A DNA stretch of 64,000 bases from Escherichia phage Lw1. Below are positions 1-7,693 of this stretch, piece by piece. Both the position numbers and the translations under genes were made by a program. The stretch is from the sequence record KC801932, one strand, 5' to 3'. Numbering within the stretch: the first letter of the stretch is position 1; each line of letters opens with the position of its first letter. Below the pieces are notes generated by a model. The model was not told the DNA's origin and searched no databases. It saw only the letters and a list, made by a program, of their open reading frames with translations.

Positions 1-109
1 CAGTTTCGGGGTTGCGAGTTAACGCCAGCCCCAGCGGGTGCAATATTTCTTTGTTGATTTTCCAGATCAGCCCCATATCGGACAGGGTGTTGAAATCAAC
101 AATTTTCAT
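1..109 (-). CDS. hypothetical protein, N-terminal fragment (gene runs off window start)
   Basis: ATG at 109..107 on minus strand directly after stop of upstream ORF (TAAcATG arrangement); reading frame open to window edge. Confidence 0.3.
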   Translation of the reverse strand, partial: MKIVDFNTLSDMGLIWKINKEILHPLGLALTRNPET

Positions 110-110
110 G

Positions 111-497
111 TTATGCCTTTGGGACAACACCGAATGCCAGAAGACCCATACGATGATCGTTATCTGCCTCTTCACGGAAGAAATAGTATTGTTCATCGGA
201 AATATCGATTACGGTGATACCCTCTTTCAGATACGGCAACAGATATAACGGGATCAGCATCAAATCAGATTCACTGCTCCATTTACGGAAACCCAGATTT
301 TCCATTTCTTCCCGCGTCAAATCATTAGGATCTACCGGAAAGAAATTAGGCGATTTCATCAGGCGACCAGGAAGGTCACGAATATTGCTGATTGCGAATT
401 CCGTTCCCCATGAAGTGTATTCAATAGGTTCGGCGGCACGGGTTGCGGTAGCAACGAGAATCATTTGGCACAGTTGAAAAGTATTTGGATTGCTCAT
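111..497 (-). CDS. hypothetical protein (128 aa)
   Basis: ORF track; start overlaps stop of upstream NUDIX gene (ATGA coupling). Confidence 0.5.
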   Translation of the reverse strand: MSNPNTFQLCQMILVATATRAAEPIEYTSWGTEFAISNIRDLPGRLMKSPNFFPVDPNDLTREEMENLGFRKWSSESDLMLIPLYLLPYLKEGITVIDISDEQYYFFREEADNDHRMGLLAFGVVPKA

Positions 498-907
498 GAT
501 ATAGATCCCACAAGTTTAGTCAGAAGGTGTCCCATAGTCTTACGCGCATGATCGCGGATTTCGCTATAAGGAACATATTTGAAACCATCCATTTCTGTTA
601 TAGTTCGACCATTCTTAACGAAGGTTGACGCACAGAAACATTTTTCGGCTTCGGGGTAAGTATCGCCTTTGTAGACAAACAATGCAAGTTTTTTCTTGTT
701 TGTATAGTCCAAAACACCCAGGCTGATCAGTTGGTCGGGGAACACTTCAAAGCCAGTTTCTTCGAAGCATTCACGAATAGCAGCATCAATATGGGCTTCG
801 CCTTTTTCAACATGCCCCTTTGGGATATCCCAGTGGGGCGTTTCGGTAGCGTGACCCATTAGAATGCTGCCGTTATTCAGAAAGAGAATACCAGCAGACA
901 ATTCCAT
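494..907 (-). CDS. NUDIX hydrolase
   Basis: Nudix box GHVEKGEAHIDAAIRECFEETGF; start moved to internal ATG at 907 (MELSAGILF..., GGAG-like SD upstream) because the ORF-track start at 1057 would overlap the neighbouring gene. Confidence 0.7.
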   Translation of the reverse strand: MELSAGILFLNNGSILMGHATETPHWDIPKGHVEKGEAHIDAAIRECFEETGFEVFPDQLISLGVLDYTNKKKLALFVYKGDTYPEAEKCFCASTFVKNGRTITEMDGFKYVPYSEIRDHARKTMGHLLTKLVGSIS

Positions 908-908
908 G

Positions 909-1136
909 TTATACCCCTTTAGAGGTAAACTGTGCGTCGTATGCTGCAAGTGCATTATCTGCACGTTTTTTCGCTTCGGTATGCCCACGACTATCATTGA
1001 TAGCACGACGATACATTTCGACCCAGAATACGCGACGTGTATCTTCGTTCGCTTCAAACAGTTTAATATCGCGGTATACGTTTTGCTCTTTGATCATTTG
1101 AGCAAGTTGCAGGTCATGTTCGGTTTGGAAAGTCAT
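909..1136 (-). CDS. hypothetical protein (75 aa)
   Basis: ORF track; tightly packed in minus-strand operon. Confidence 0.45.
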   Translation of the reverse strand: MTFQTEHDLQLAQMIKEQNVYRDIKLFEANEDTRRVFWVEMYRRAINDSRGHTEAKKRADNALAAYDAQFTSKGV

Positions 1137-1387
1137 AATTCACCCATTTCTTTCAGTTCAGTTTTGAGTTTTTCGAGCGTAGATTGATATTGAATGCCTT
1201 TCATGTTTGACAGACGGCTATAATACAATGTACGCGTTTCGTTAATTTCTGCCAACACTTCTTGATCTAACTTAGAAGAATCAGCACCGAATGCCATATG
1301 AAACAGCGCTTCGGCTGTAGGGGCAAACCCATGTTGAAAGGCTATACCCAGTTTTGGTTCAAATTGCATCAGGGAAACATTAGCCAT
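1133..1387 (-). CDS. hypothetical protein (84 aa)
   Basis: ORF track 1133..1507 trimmed to internal ATG 1387 (MANVSLMQ...) to avoid 128-nt out-of-frame overlap with upstream ORF. Confidence 0.4.
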   Translation of the reverse strand: MANVSLMQFEPKLGIAFQHGFAPTAEALFHMAFGADSSKLDQEVLAEINETRTLYYSRLSNMKGIQYQSTLEKLKTELKEMGEL

Positions 1388-1673
1388 AATATTCTTCGTA
1401 GTCCTCGCAATCTGGGAGATACGTTTCGCAGAACATGCACAACGTGAAGAAAGTAGGCTGGCGAATCCCTGGATTATCAGGTAGATACATCCAGAACGTG
1501 TTAGCAAACACGATGAAGGTTTTCAGGTTTTCAACGGTTACTTCGCTGATACCATCATAACCGGATTGAGCAATAGCGCGTTCCAGGGGAACATGGTATT
1601 GCTGGCAGTAGTCGGCGTAATGTTCACTCAATACCATTGAGTTAGCCGCTTTTACGAGATCGATAATTTTCAT
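1380..1673 (-). CDS. hypothetical protein (97 aa)
   Basis: ORF track; start overlaps stop of upstream gene. Confidence 0.5.
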   Translation of the reverse strand: MKIIDLVKAANSMVLSEHYADYCQQYHVPLERAIAQSGYDGISEVTVENLKTFIVFANTFWMYLPDNPGIRQPTFFTLCMFCETYLPDCEDYEEYYG

Positions 1674-2008
1674 GCTTTTACATATTCCACTTTAACAGGT
1701 TTGGCGATAAGGTGATCTTTGGTGTAACCTTGTCCGTCGCAAACATCACAAACGATTTTGAAATCTTCCATTTGGTCGACCCATCCATAATCAGGCAATC
1801 CAGAAGGGTACGTGTTGAAGGTTTTAACACTGTATCCTTTCCCATCACACTTAGGGCATTTATACGGGTATTTCGATTTGATCGCACTATACAATTGACC
1901 CAATGTGGTCGAATGATCAAAGTGTATAACAAATGCTTCAATGTCAGCAATACGCAGTTCGTTTGGCTTGATCACAGTAAACACATTTGAAGGTATGTTT
2001 GAGCGCAT
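1670..2008 (-). CDS. hypothetical zinc-ribbon protein (CPKCDGKGY / CDVCDGQGY repeats)
   Basis: ORF track 1670..2140 begins with TTG; ATG at 2008 (MRSNIPS...) preferred; two CxxCxGxG motifs at C-terminus. Confidence 0.45.
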   Translation of the reverse strand: MRSNIPSNVFTVIKPNELRIADIEAFVIHFDHSTTLGQLYSAIKSKYPYKCPKCDGKGYSVKTFNTYPSGLPDYGWVDQMEDFKIVCDVCDGQGYTKDHLIAKPVKVEYVKA

Positions 2009-2018
2009 AATATATTTC

Positions 2019-2159
2019 TCACTTAAAGAATTTTTTGATGAAAGAGAGGAACAATCCACCACCGAACATGATCCAGTATCCCGCGCCGTCACCGTGAAAC
2101 AGGACGTAAACCGCGACACCATAACAAAAGATTTCTGCAATATTCAGTAAGTTTCTCAT
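2019..2159 (-). CDS. small hydrophobic protein candidate (46 aa, MRNLLNIAEIFCYGVAVYVLF...)
   Basis: ATG at 2159 preceded by strong SD (AAGGGAGGGGA); below ORF-track length cutoff; hydrophobic composition. Confidence 0.3.
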   Translation of the reverse strand: MRNLLNIAEIFCYGVAVYVLFHGDGAGYWIMFGGGLFLSFIKKFFK

Positions 2160-2250
2160 AATCCCCTCCCTTTTCTCTACACCAGGTATTTTACCAGAAA
2201 ATAGACTACTGTCAACAACAAAGTTTTATCAACGATACGATCACCAGTCA

Positions 2251-2391
2251 TCAGTAGTCACCCATAGGTTGAGAAGAAGCAACGCTCAATACGAGGAAAG
2301 AGCACTTGTTGATCCGGCAATATTCTTTTGCACAGTGAACACTACCTTTCATCACAAACCCGTTTGAGAACACCAACCAGTAAAGTTTCAT
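2251..2391 (-). CDS. small protein candidate (46 aa, MKLYWLVFSNGFVMKG...)
   Basis: ATG at 2391 preceded by AAGGAGG SD; C-terminal part of ORF-track 2251..2493. Confidence 0.35.
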   Translation of the reverse strand: MKLYWLVFSNGFVMKGSVHCAKEYCRINKCSFLVLSVASSQPMGDY

Positions 2392-2430
2392 GATTACCTC
2401 CTTTGTTTCGACACCCCTAATATAACAAAA

Positions 2431-2458
2431 GCCCCTGCACGAATGCAAGGGCTTTTTC
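2431..2458. terminator. hairpin with T-runs on both strands (bidirectional terminator candidate)
   Basis: gcccctgcacgaatgcaagggc stem-loop followed by ttttt on plus and ttttgtt on minus. Confidence 0.5.
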
Positions 2459-2626
2459 AAATATTTTTCAACATGCGTAGTTGAGGTGGACAATCTGGAG
2501 AAGCAATCAAACGATCCAGGCGAGACATAACGCGACGGTATCCGTCATACTCAAACTTGATTTTAGGCGGTACGTAGTTCACGTTAATTGCGTTGCGCGT
2601 GTTAATGTTCGCTTCGTACTCAGGGA

Positions 2627-3148
2627 TCACGAACTCTCGCCGCGATGTTCGATGTGCTCCGTGATATCCTCAACAGTCTTATCAAGGTCCAGAGATTCAG
2701 CATCTTCCTTGATAATAGTCAAATCTACAGGCAGTGTCAACAGTCTTTTCACTCCGCTGATATCTTCGATACGAGAATCATACGCAAGGGTAACATGCGG
2801 TTTGTAGTTGTCAAAATCGTAAGTCGCTCCGGCATCCATCGCATCATTGAAACGGCTATGCAGATAATCAGACTCCAGAACACCGACGATAGTGTTACCG
2901 TATTTTGTGTCCCACTTCTCTACGTCAACCAGTCGGGCAGGTTCAGAGATACCAGAGGCAGGGAACAAATCAACCGTCTTACGGCTATACACAATCGTTG
3001 TATGAAGTTTTTCAGCAGACACCGGATTCTCTACACCCAGAAGTTTTTGCACTTGTGCAAGCGCTTCACAGGAAGCCTGATCGAACTTCGCACACATATA
3101 GATCCCCGAATCAACTACGGGTTTCGCAACTTCAATAAAACTTTTCAT
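2627..3148 (-). CDS. acb1: 2H phosphoesterase-fold protein, Acb1-like (anti-CBASS cyclic-oligonucleotide phosphodiesterase candidate; T4 gene 57B position)
   Basis: Two H-x-T motifs (HTTIV at His49, HVTLAY at His118) typical of 2H phosphoesterases; lies immediately next to 57A and gene 1 as 57B does in T4; SD GGAG before ATG 3148. Confidence 0.6.
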   Translation of the reverse strand: MKSFIEVAKPVVDSGIYMCAKFDQASCEALAQVQKLLGVENPVSAEKLHTTIVYSRKTVDLFPASGISEPARLVDVEKWDTKYGNTIVGVLESDYLHSRFNDAMDAGATYDFDNYKPHVTLAYDSRIEDISGVKRLLTLPVDLTIIKEDAESLDLDKTVEDITEHIEHRGESS

Positions 3149-3158
3149 GTGTACTCCA

Positions 3159-3181
3159 AATGAAAAAGGGGCCGAAGCCCC
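3159..3181 (-). terminator. rho-independent terminator candidate downstream of 57A
   Basis: ggggccgaagcccc hairpin followed by T-run on minus strand. Confidence 0.5.
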
Positions 3182-3202
3182 TAGTGGTTAAACGCCTAAG
3201 CG

Positions 3203-3454
3203 TTAAGCATCTTTTGTTTCTGCGTCATCGGCTTCCGGCAGAAGTGCTTTGATAGCACCCAGCAGAGCATCAGGGGTTACACCCTGGGAACCGTCGATTT
3301 CCAGCAGACCGCAAATTTGACCGACGAGTTGGCGATGGCTTTGCAGTTCCTGATCTTTACCCTGAATGATTTCGTTCAGATCGAATACACGGGCTTTCAG
3401 AAGCAGGATGTCACTTTGCAGTTGCTGGGTTTGGTTTTTGGTTTGTTCAGTCAT
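3203..3454 (-). CDS. 57A: tail fiber assembly chaperone gp57A-like
   Basis: 83-aa acidic coiled-coil protein (MTEQTKNQTQQLQSDILLLKARV...) resembling T4 gp57A N-terminus; synteny 57B-57A-1-3. Confidence 0.6.
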   Translation of the reverse strand: MTEQTKNQTQQLQSDILLLKARVFDLNEIIQGKDQELQSHRQLVGQICGLLEIDGSQGVTPDALLGAIKALLPEADDAETKDA

Positions 3455-3465
3455 TGTTTACACTC

Positions 3466-4125
3466 TTAAAAGTTAAATACATTCAGCACGTCAGTTTTCA
3501 ATTCACCAAGCGTACCATTATTTAGGATGATAATATCGTTTGGTTGGGGTTTCAATCCTTTCTCAGTTGAATGGCTATCGTCTTCCCCAGTTTCGCGTTC
3601 GATGAATACAAATTTAGTCCCGAACTTGCTCAGGTATTTATATTCATGTTTTTGTCGAACGTCTGTAATGATAAAGTGATCTTTATCGGATTTCAAGATT
3701 TTCTTCAATACAATGTCAGTCCATACAGAATCGTTCTCATTGCAAACGATGTCAGTACCGAAAACCTGCATCAAACGGCGTATTGTCCAGGGATGTTTGT
3801 TTGTTTGGCAAATTTCATACGCGATGATATCAGCATTATTAAGCCAGTACCCGCGTTTAGTCAACGATTCAATGCCATTAGCAAACAGCATACGCGCACC
3901 TTCGTTAGACATCAACAGGGGTGCTTCCCGATCCCCTGAATAGAATGGGTTTGTTTTAGAGAGTTCTCGCAGATAGCGATCCCCTGATGCAGACATTCCA
4001 TTTCTCAGGATACTCTTTATTTCATCAGCAAGCGCGATTGCTTCAACGTTCTGATAGTTATCCAAAACGAATTGAGAAACGGTGTCTTTACCTGTTCTCT
4101 TTTTTCCGCAAATACCATAAATCAT
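3466..4125 (-). CDS. 1: deoxynucleoside monophosphate kinase (gp1)
   Basis: P-loop GKKRTGKDT, RRLMQVFGTD and DVRQKHE motifs shared with T4 gp1; synteny. Confidence 0.85.
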   Translation of the reverse strand: MIYGICGKKRTGKDTVSQFVLDNYQNVEAIALADEIKSILRNGMSASGDRYLRELSKTNPFYSGDREAPLLMSNEGARMLFANGIESLTKRGYWLNNADIIAYEICQTNKHPWTIRRLMQVFGTDIVCNENDSVWTDIVLKKILKSDKDHFIITDVRQKHEYKYLSKFGTKFVFIERETGEDDSHSTEKGLKPQPNDIIILNNGTLGELKTDVLNVFNF

Positions 4126-4661
4126 GATTCTTTTTTCCGTGGAGTCGGCACGAGTACCTTTCCGTCTATCTCAATTTCCATATGTGCGAAGTTGAACATA
4201 GCCATACAGGAAACGGCTTCATCCGAGTCATTAGTGTACATAAGCTCAAGCTCTCCCAGGTTGGAGGGCCAAGCACCATAAAAGCGAAATGTCGCCACAG
4301 TTTTTGATTGCGAGTTATCCAGGATGTGTAAAGCCATTGCCTGTTGTGGTTCACTCCATCGAATTGAATCGAAGGTGTTAAAATCACAGGTTCCAAGCAT
4401 CCACAGGTAAACACCCAGATACGAACGCAATTCTTCATCAACAGCAAAACGGATAGTCAACGGATCGAACTCCATTGCAGATCCAGGGATTTTCCCACGG
4501 ATCATAGGGTTCAATGGTACGTCCGTAATTGGAATGTTGACAGAAGGTAGTGTAACACCCTGAATTTGTAGTTTCAACCCTTTCATATAATCATTATCAG
4601 GAATATCTAACATAAAGTTAGTTGGTGAAATCTGGTTCAGGATCATAGCAGTAGTGTTCAT
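4122..4661 (-). CDS. 3: tail completion / sheath stabilizer protein gp3-like
   Basis: 179 aa, position between gene 1 and gene 2 as in T4; GGAGA SD before ATG 4661. Confidence 0.6.
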   Translation of the reverse strand: MNTTAMILNQISPTNFMLDIPDNDYMKGLKLQIQGVTLPSVNIPITDVPLNPMIRGKIPGSAMEFDPLTIRFAVDEELRSYLGVYLWMLGTCDFNTFDSIRWSEPQQAMALHILDNSQSKTVATFRFYGAWPSNLGELELMYTNDSDEAVSCMAMFNFAHMEIEIDGKVLVPTPRKKES

Positions 4662-4698
4662 TAATGATCTCCATTTTGTAGATATTTATGTAGACCGT

Positions 4699-4860
4699 GA
4701 GCGAAGCGAACACACGAACGAAGTGAGTGTTTTTAACTCAACTACATAATTATATATTTATATTTTATATATAGAGAAAAATGTAGTTTTTGGTATGGTT
4801 TTTAACCAACTGTAAACTATCCGTCTTCGCTTCGCTTGACGGAACTCGCTTCGCTCGTGA
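4699..4860. repeat. ~140-bp dispersed repeat, copy 1 (AT-rich core with internal hairpin aactacat/atgtagtt, flanked by GC-rich inverted repeats gagcgaagcga / tcgcttcgctc)
   Basis: Near-identical to 39685..39849 (core aactacataattatat...agagaaaatgtagtttttggtatggtttttaaccaactgtaaactatccgtcttcgcttcgct) with a few indels. Confidence 0.85.
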
Positions 4861-4885
4861 TCTTGAAAAACTATTTGACCCTTTC

Positions 4886-4893
4886 AATAAATA
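4886..4893 (+). promoter_or_regulatory. late-promoter-like box AATAAATA (7/8 to T4 TATAAATA) followed by 8-bp palindrome ataggtat/atacctat
   Basis: Located ~40 nt upstream of internal-protein ATG 4932. Confidence 0.3.
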
Positions 4894-4931
4894 GGTATAT
4901 CATACCTATACTTTCAAAAGAGATTGAAAAC

Positions 4932-5717
4932 ATGAAATCATTCAAAGAACTACTGTCTGAATCTGTTCAGACCAAAAAATTTGCTAAAACTGTTGATCTG
5001 GTTGACCGTGGTAATGCTTCAAAAGGTCAGATCGGTTTCCTGCACTTTGCACACGGTGCTGATTACGATGTGTATGCGCCGGACTCTCACGATCTCGCCT
5101 ACTTCGGTAAAGGTGTTGTTCGCCTGAAAGGTAAAACCACTGGTAAAACTCAGGCTGCATATGTTGACTGGGCGAAAGGTACGGTTTCTTTCTATAGCGG
5201 CGATCCGGCAGATGACCTGAAATTCGACAAGCCAGCGAAATTCAAAGGCGCTTCCCTGTACAAAGAAGCCGAAGAAAATCTGGATCTGTATAATCAGTTA
5301 GCGGAAGACTTCGAAATTGATGTACCGATGGATGAAGCACTGGTGAAAGGTAAGGTGTACAAGCTCCCAAGCAACGATATGCGCTTGCTGTATACCGGAC
5401 GTACCAAAAACAAGCCTACAGGTGAATACGCTGTGTTTACGGTTGTAGATGCCTCCGGTAAGCCTCGTCTGGTATCGGGTAAACGATTTACCCAGGAATA
5501 CAAAGGCGATATGCTGTCTAAACTGGTTCTCGCTGAATCGGAAGATCTGAACGAGGCCGCTAAAGGCATTCGCGAAAAAGTTATTGCGGTGTTGGTGAAG
5601 CGCGGGTTTAACGAAAAAGATGCAGAAAAGATGGTTGATAAAAACCTAAAAGATGCGATGAAAGTTCGCCCTGGTGCAACTCCAGGAAAACTAGCGGAAA
5701 TCGTGAGCACCTTGTAA
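4932..5717 (+). CDS. internal head protein with capsid targeting sequence (IPIII-like, lysine-rich)
   Basis: N-terminus MKSFKELLSE matches T4 CTS consensus MKTYQEFIAE (gp21 protease-cleaved leader); basic K-rich body; start at ATG 4932 rather than ORF-track 4836. Confidence 0.65.
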   Translation: MKSFKELLSESVQTKKFAKTVDLVDRGNASKGQIGFLHFAHGADYDVYAPDSHDLAYFGKGVVRLKGKTTGKTQAAYVDWAKGTVSFYSGDPADDLKFDKPAKFKGASLYKEAEENLDLYNQLAEDFEIDVPMDEALVKGKVYKLPSNDMRLLYTGRTKNKPTGEYAVFTVVDASGKPRLVSGKRFTQEYKGDMLSKLVLAESEDLNEAAKGIREKVIAVLVKRGFNEKDAEKMVDKNLKDAMKVRPGATPGKLAEIVSTL

Positions 5718-5721
5718 AAAT

Positions 5722-5753
5722 AAAGCCCCTTCCTTTCGGTTGGGGCTTTTTTT
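5722..5753. terminator. rho-independent terminator between convergent genes
   Basis: aaagccccttcctttcggttggggcttt + T-run; identical 28-nt sequence recurs at 40986..41013. Confidence 0.7.
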
Positions 5754-6606
5754 AATATCGGTTCCAAACTTTTTTCGCGCTGTATGGTTTTCCTTTCGAC
5801 TGGAAAGCCTGTGTAGGCAACCAAACTGCTTTCGCCCAGTCTTTTGGGGCTATCTCTGCAAGAGGTGATCGCAGGTGCGCAGGTAAGTATGCTTTGATCA
5901 TTTGATCTGCACCGCGCATCCCTTTCACGTTGTTCCAGTTGATTTTCAATCTGGTTTTGTTTGAAAGGCGATCTGTTGAACCATAACCACGTTTCAACAG
6001 TTCTTCTAAAAACTCTTGACGGGCTTTAGGTGGCGCATAGTGCAAGTTCAAACCGTACAGAACAACGTTACCCGCTTTAGAACGTCCTGAACCCAGGAAG
6101 ATGATTAGCGGGAACCGATCCCAGTATGGTAAGGTGTCTTTATATTTCGCGTCATACACGAACGTATACAGGCGACCTGTTGCTGGTTTCGCTACCCTGT
6201 GCGTTTTGATGCTGGTTTTGATGAAGTCACCAAACCAATCGGTTGAATCCTTTTGACGTTTCGCAGCAGAAACACCAACTGTAATTTTCCGTAAACTATT
6301 TCGGAAGTCGTTGATGATGTCAACTGTATGTTTTTTGCGATAGTCATTGCGTTTTCGTCGGGCTTCGGTTTCTGCTGTACGTCGCGAGATTTCATCATCA
6401 ATCTGCTGTTTATAGCGGTGCATAGACTTTGTGAACGTTGCGTATGCAATCCCGTTTTCGTCCGCGAATTTTTTGGCTGTCATGCCTTTTAATTTTGCGC
6501 GTCTGAATTTAACACCCAGTTCAACCCATTCACCAAGTTTTCGCTTCGGTGGCGGTTTCGGCTTATCTTCTTCTGCGATGATCTCAAACTCAAATATAAA
6601 ACTCAT
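5752..6606 (-). CDS. 2: DNA end protector protein gp2-like
   Basis: 284 aa basic protein in T4 gp2 position (between gp3 and gp4); GGAGGG SD. Confidence 0.6.
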   Translation of the reverse strand: MSFIFEFEIIAEEDKPKPPPKRKLGEWVELGVKFRRAKLKGMTAKKFADENGIAYATFTKSMHRYKQQIDDEISRRTAETEARRKRNDYRKKHTVDIINDFRNSLRKITVGVSAAKRQKDSTDWFGDFIKTSIKTHRVAKPATGRLYTFVYDAKYKDTLPYWDRFPLIIFLGSGRSKAGNVVLYGLNLHYAPPKARQEFLEELLKRGYGSTDRLSNKTRLKINWNNVKGMRGADQMIKAYLPAHLRSPLAEIAPKDWAKAVWLPTQAFQSKGKPYSAKKVWNRY

Positions 6607-6627
6607 AATTCCCTCCGTTTAGGGTAT

Positions 6628-7095
6628 TTATTGCCCTTTCCATCCAAATACACGTTTCAACGTGTCTTCTGTGATGATCTTAAACTCCCAGCCCTTTTGT
6701 TTTGCTGCTGCATTAGCGGCTTTCCATTTGTCAATGTTTACTGCATAAGTATACAGCGCATCAACAAATTTCTTTTTGTTGTGAACGTTGTTATTCGCTG
6801 GTTTCGGTGGTGGCAATGTTTCTTTCATCGGTTTGACTTCCCATAGGTAGGTCACTCCGTTATCCATTTCAACATAAAAATCCATGAAGTAACGCCGTCT
6901 TTTACCGTCTGCGTTGCTGAAATAGGGGATAACAACCTCTTCACTGTTCCAGCGCTTTACATGCGGGTTTCGATCAAGCCAGTTCATAATATATTTTTCC
7001 CAGCTTGAACGATACGTTATCTTTCGGGGATCGCCTTTATATTTTGTGATGTTCTGGGGCATAAAAGACCCCTTGTACGTCTGTCTTCCAGCCAT
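6628..7095 (-). CDS. 4: head completion protein gp4
   Basis: MAGR..YKG N-terminus and size match T4 gp4; synteny next to gp53. Confidence 0.65.
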   Translation of the reverse strand: MAGRQTYKGSFMPQNITKYKGDPRKITYRSSWEKYIMNWLDRNPHVKRWNSEEVVIPYFSNADGKRRRYFMDFYVEMDNGVTYLWEVKPMKETLPPPKPANNNVHNKKKFVDALYTYAVNIDKWKAANAAAKQKGWEFKIITEDTLKRVFGWKGQ

Positions 7096-7138
7096 TTTAG
7101 ATCCTAAATATAGTAAACATTAGATAGGGGAAATTACA

Positions 7139-7693
7139 ATGTTGTTCTCATTCTTCCCGCCTGTTGATTATAAAGGCACACCAACTACTGATATCTACCG
7201 CGATTATCGTTTTTACTTCAATCGCGTAATCAGGAATTATAAGCCCCGCACATATCAACTGACAGGATCATTAAGACCTGAACAATTAGCGGAAACGCTA
7301 TACGGAAACCAACAATACTACTGGGTTATCCTGATGCTCAATGATAATTACGATCCGTTCTATGGATGGATTACAGATCAGGAAACCGCTTATCAATGCG
7401 CTGTTCAGCGTTATTCGAAAGTAGGTGGTGAGCAAGTTCTTTACCATATGGACGGACAAAGCAACCGTTATTATAACCTGGTTGAAGATCCGACTAACCC
7501 CGGTCATTGGTATGACAAGGGTGATAAAGATATGCGTTATTTGCAGTATCAGGGAACTTTAGTCCCTGTAGATATTTATGAAGATGCCGTGTTGCAAAAT
7601 GAAGCACTTCGTACCATTAAAATTATCAATCCCTCTGATATTCAATCGTTTGTAAGCGATTATATCAAGGAAATGGAAAAGGCGAACACATGA
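7139..7693 (+). CDS. 53: baseplate wedge protein gp53
   Basis: Size and position directly upstream of gp5; overlaps gp5 start. Confidence 0.75.
   Translation: MLFSFFPPVDYKGTPTTDIYRDYRFYFNRVIRNYKPRTYQLTGSLRPEQLAETLYGNQQYYWVILMLNDNYDPFYGWITDQETAYQCAVQRYSKVGGEQVLYHMDGQSNRYYNLVEDPTNPGHWYDKGDKDMRYLQYQGTLVPVDIYEDAVLQNEALRTIKIINPSDIQSFVSDYIKEMEKANT

Noticed and set aside
2481-2807. 108-aa plus-strand ORF overlapping the Acb1-like gene in antisense
   Set aside because: Overlaps a gene supported by motif and synteny; no RBS
4836-4931. N-terminal extension of the internal protein ORF (ORF-track start 4836)
   Set aside because: Extension overlaps the repeat element and lacks an RBS; internal ATG 4932 begins a CTS-like MKSFKELLSE leader
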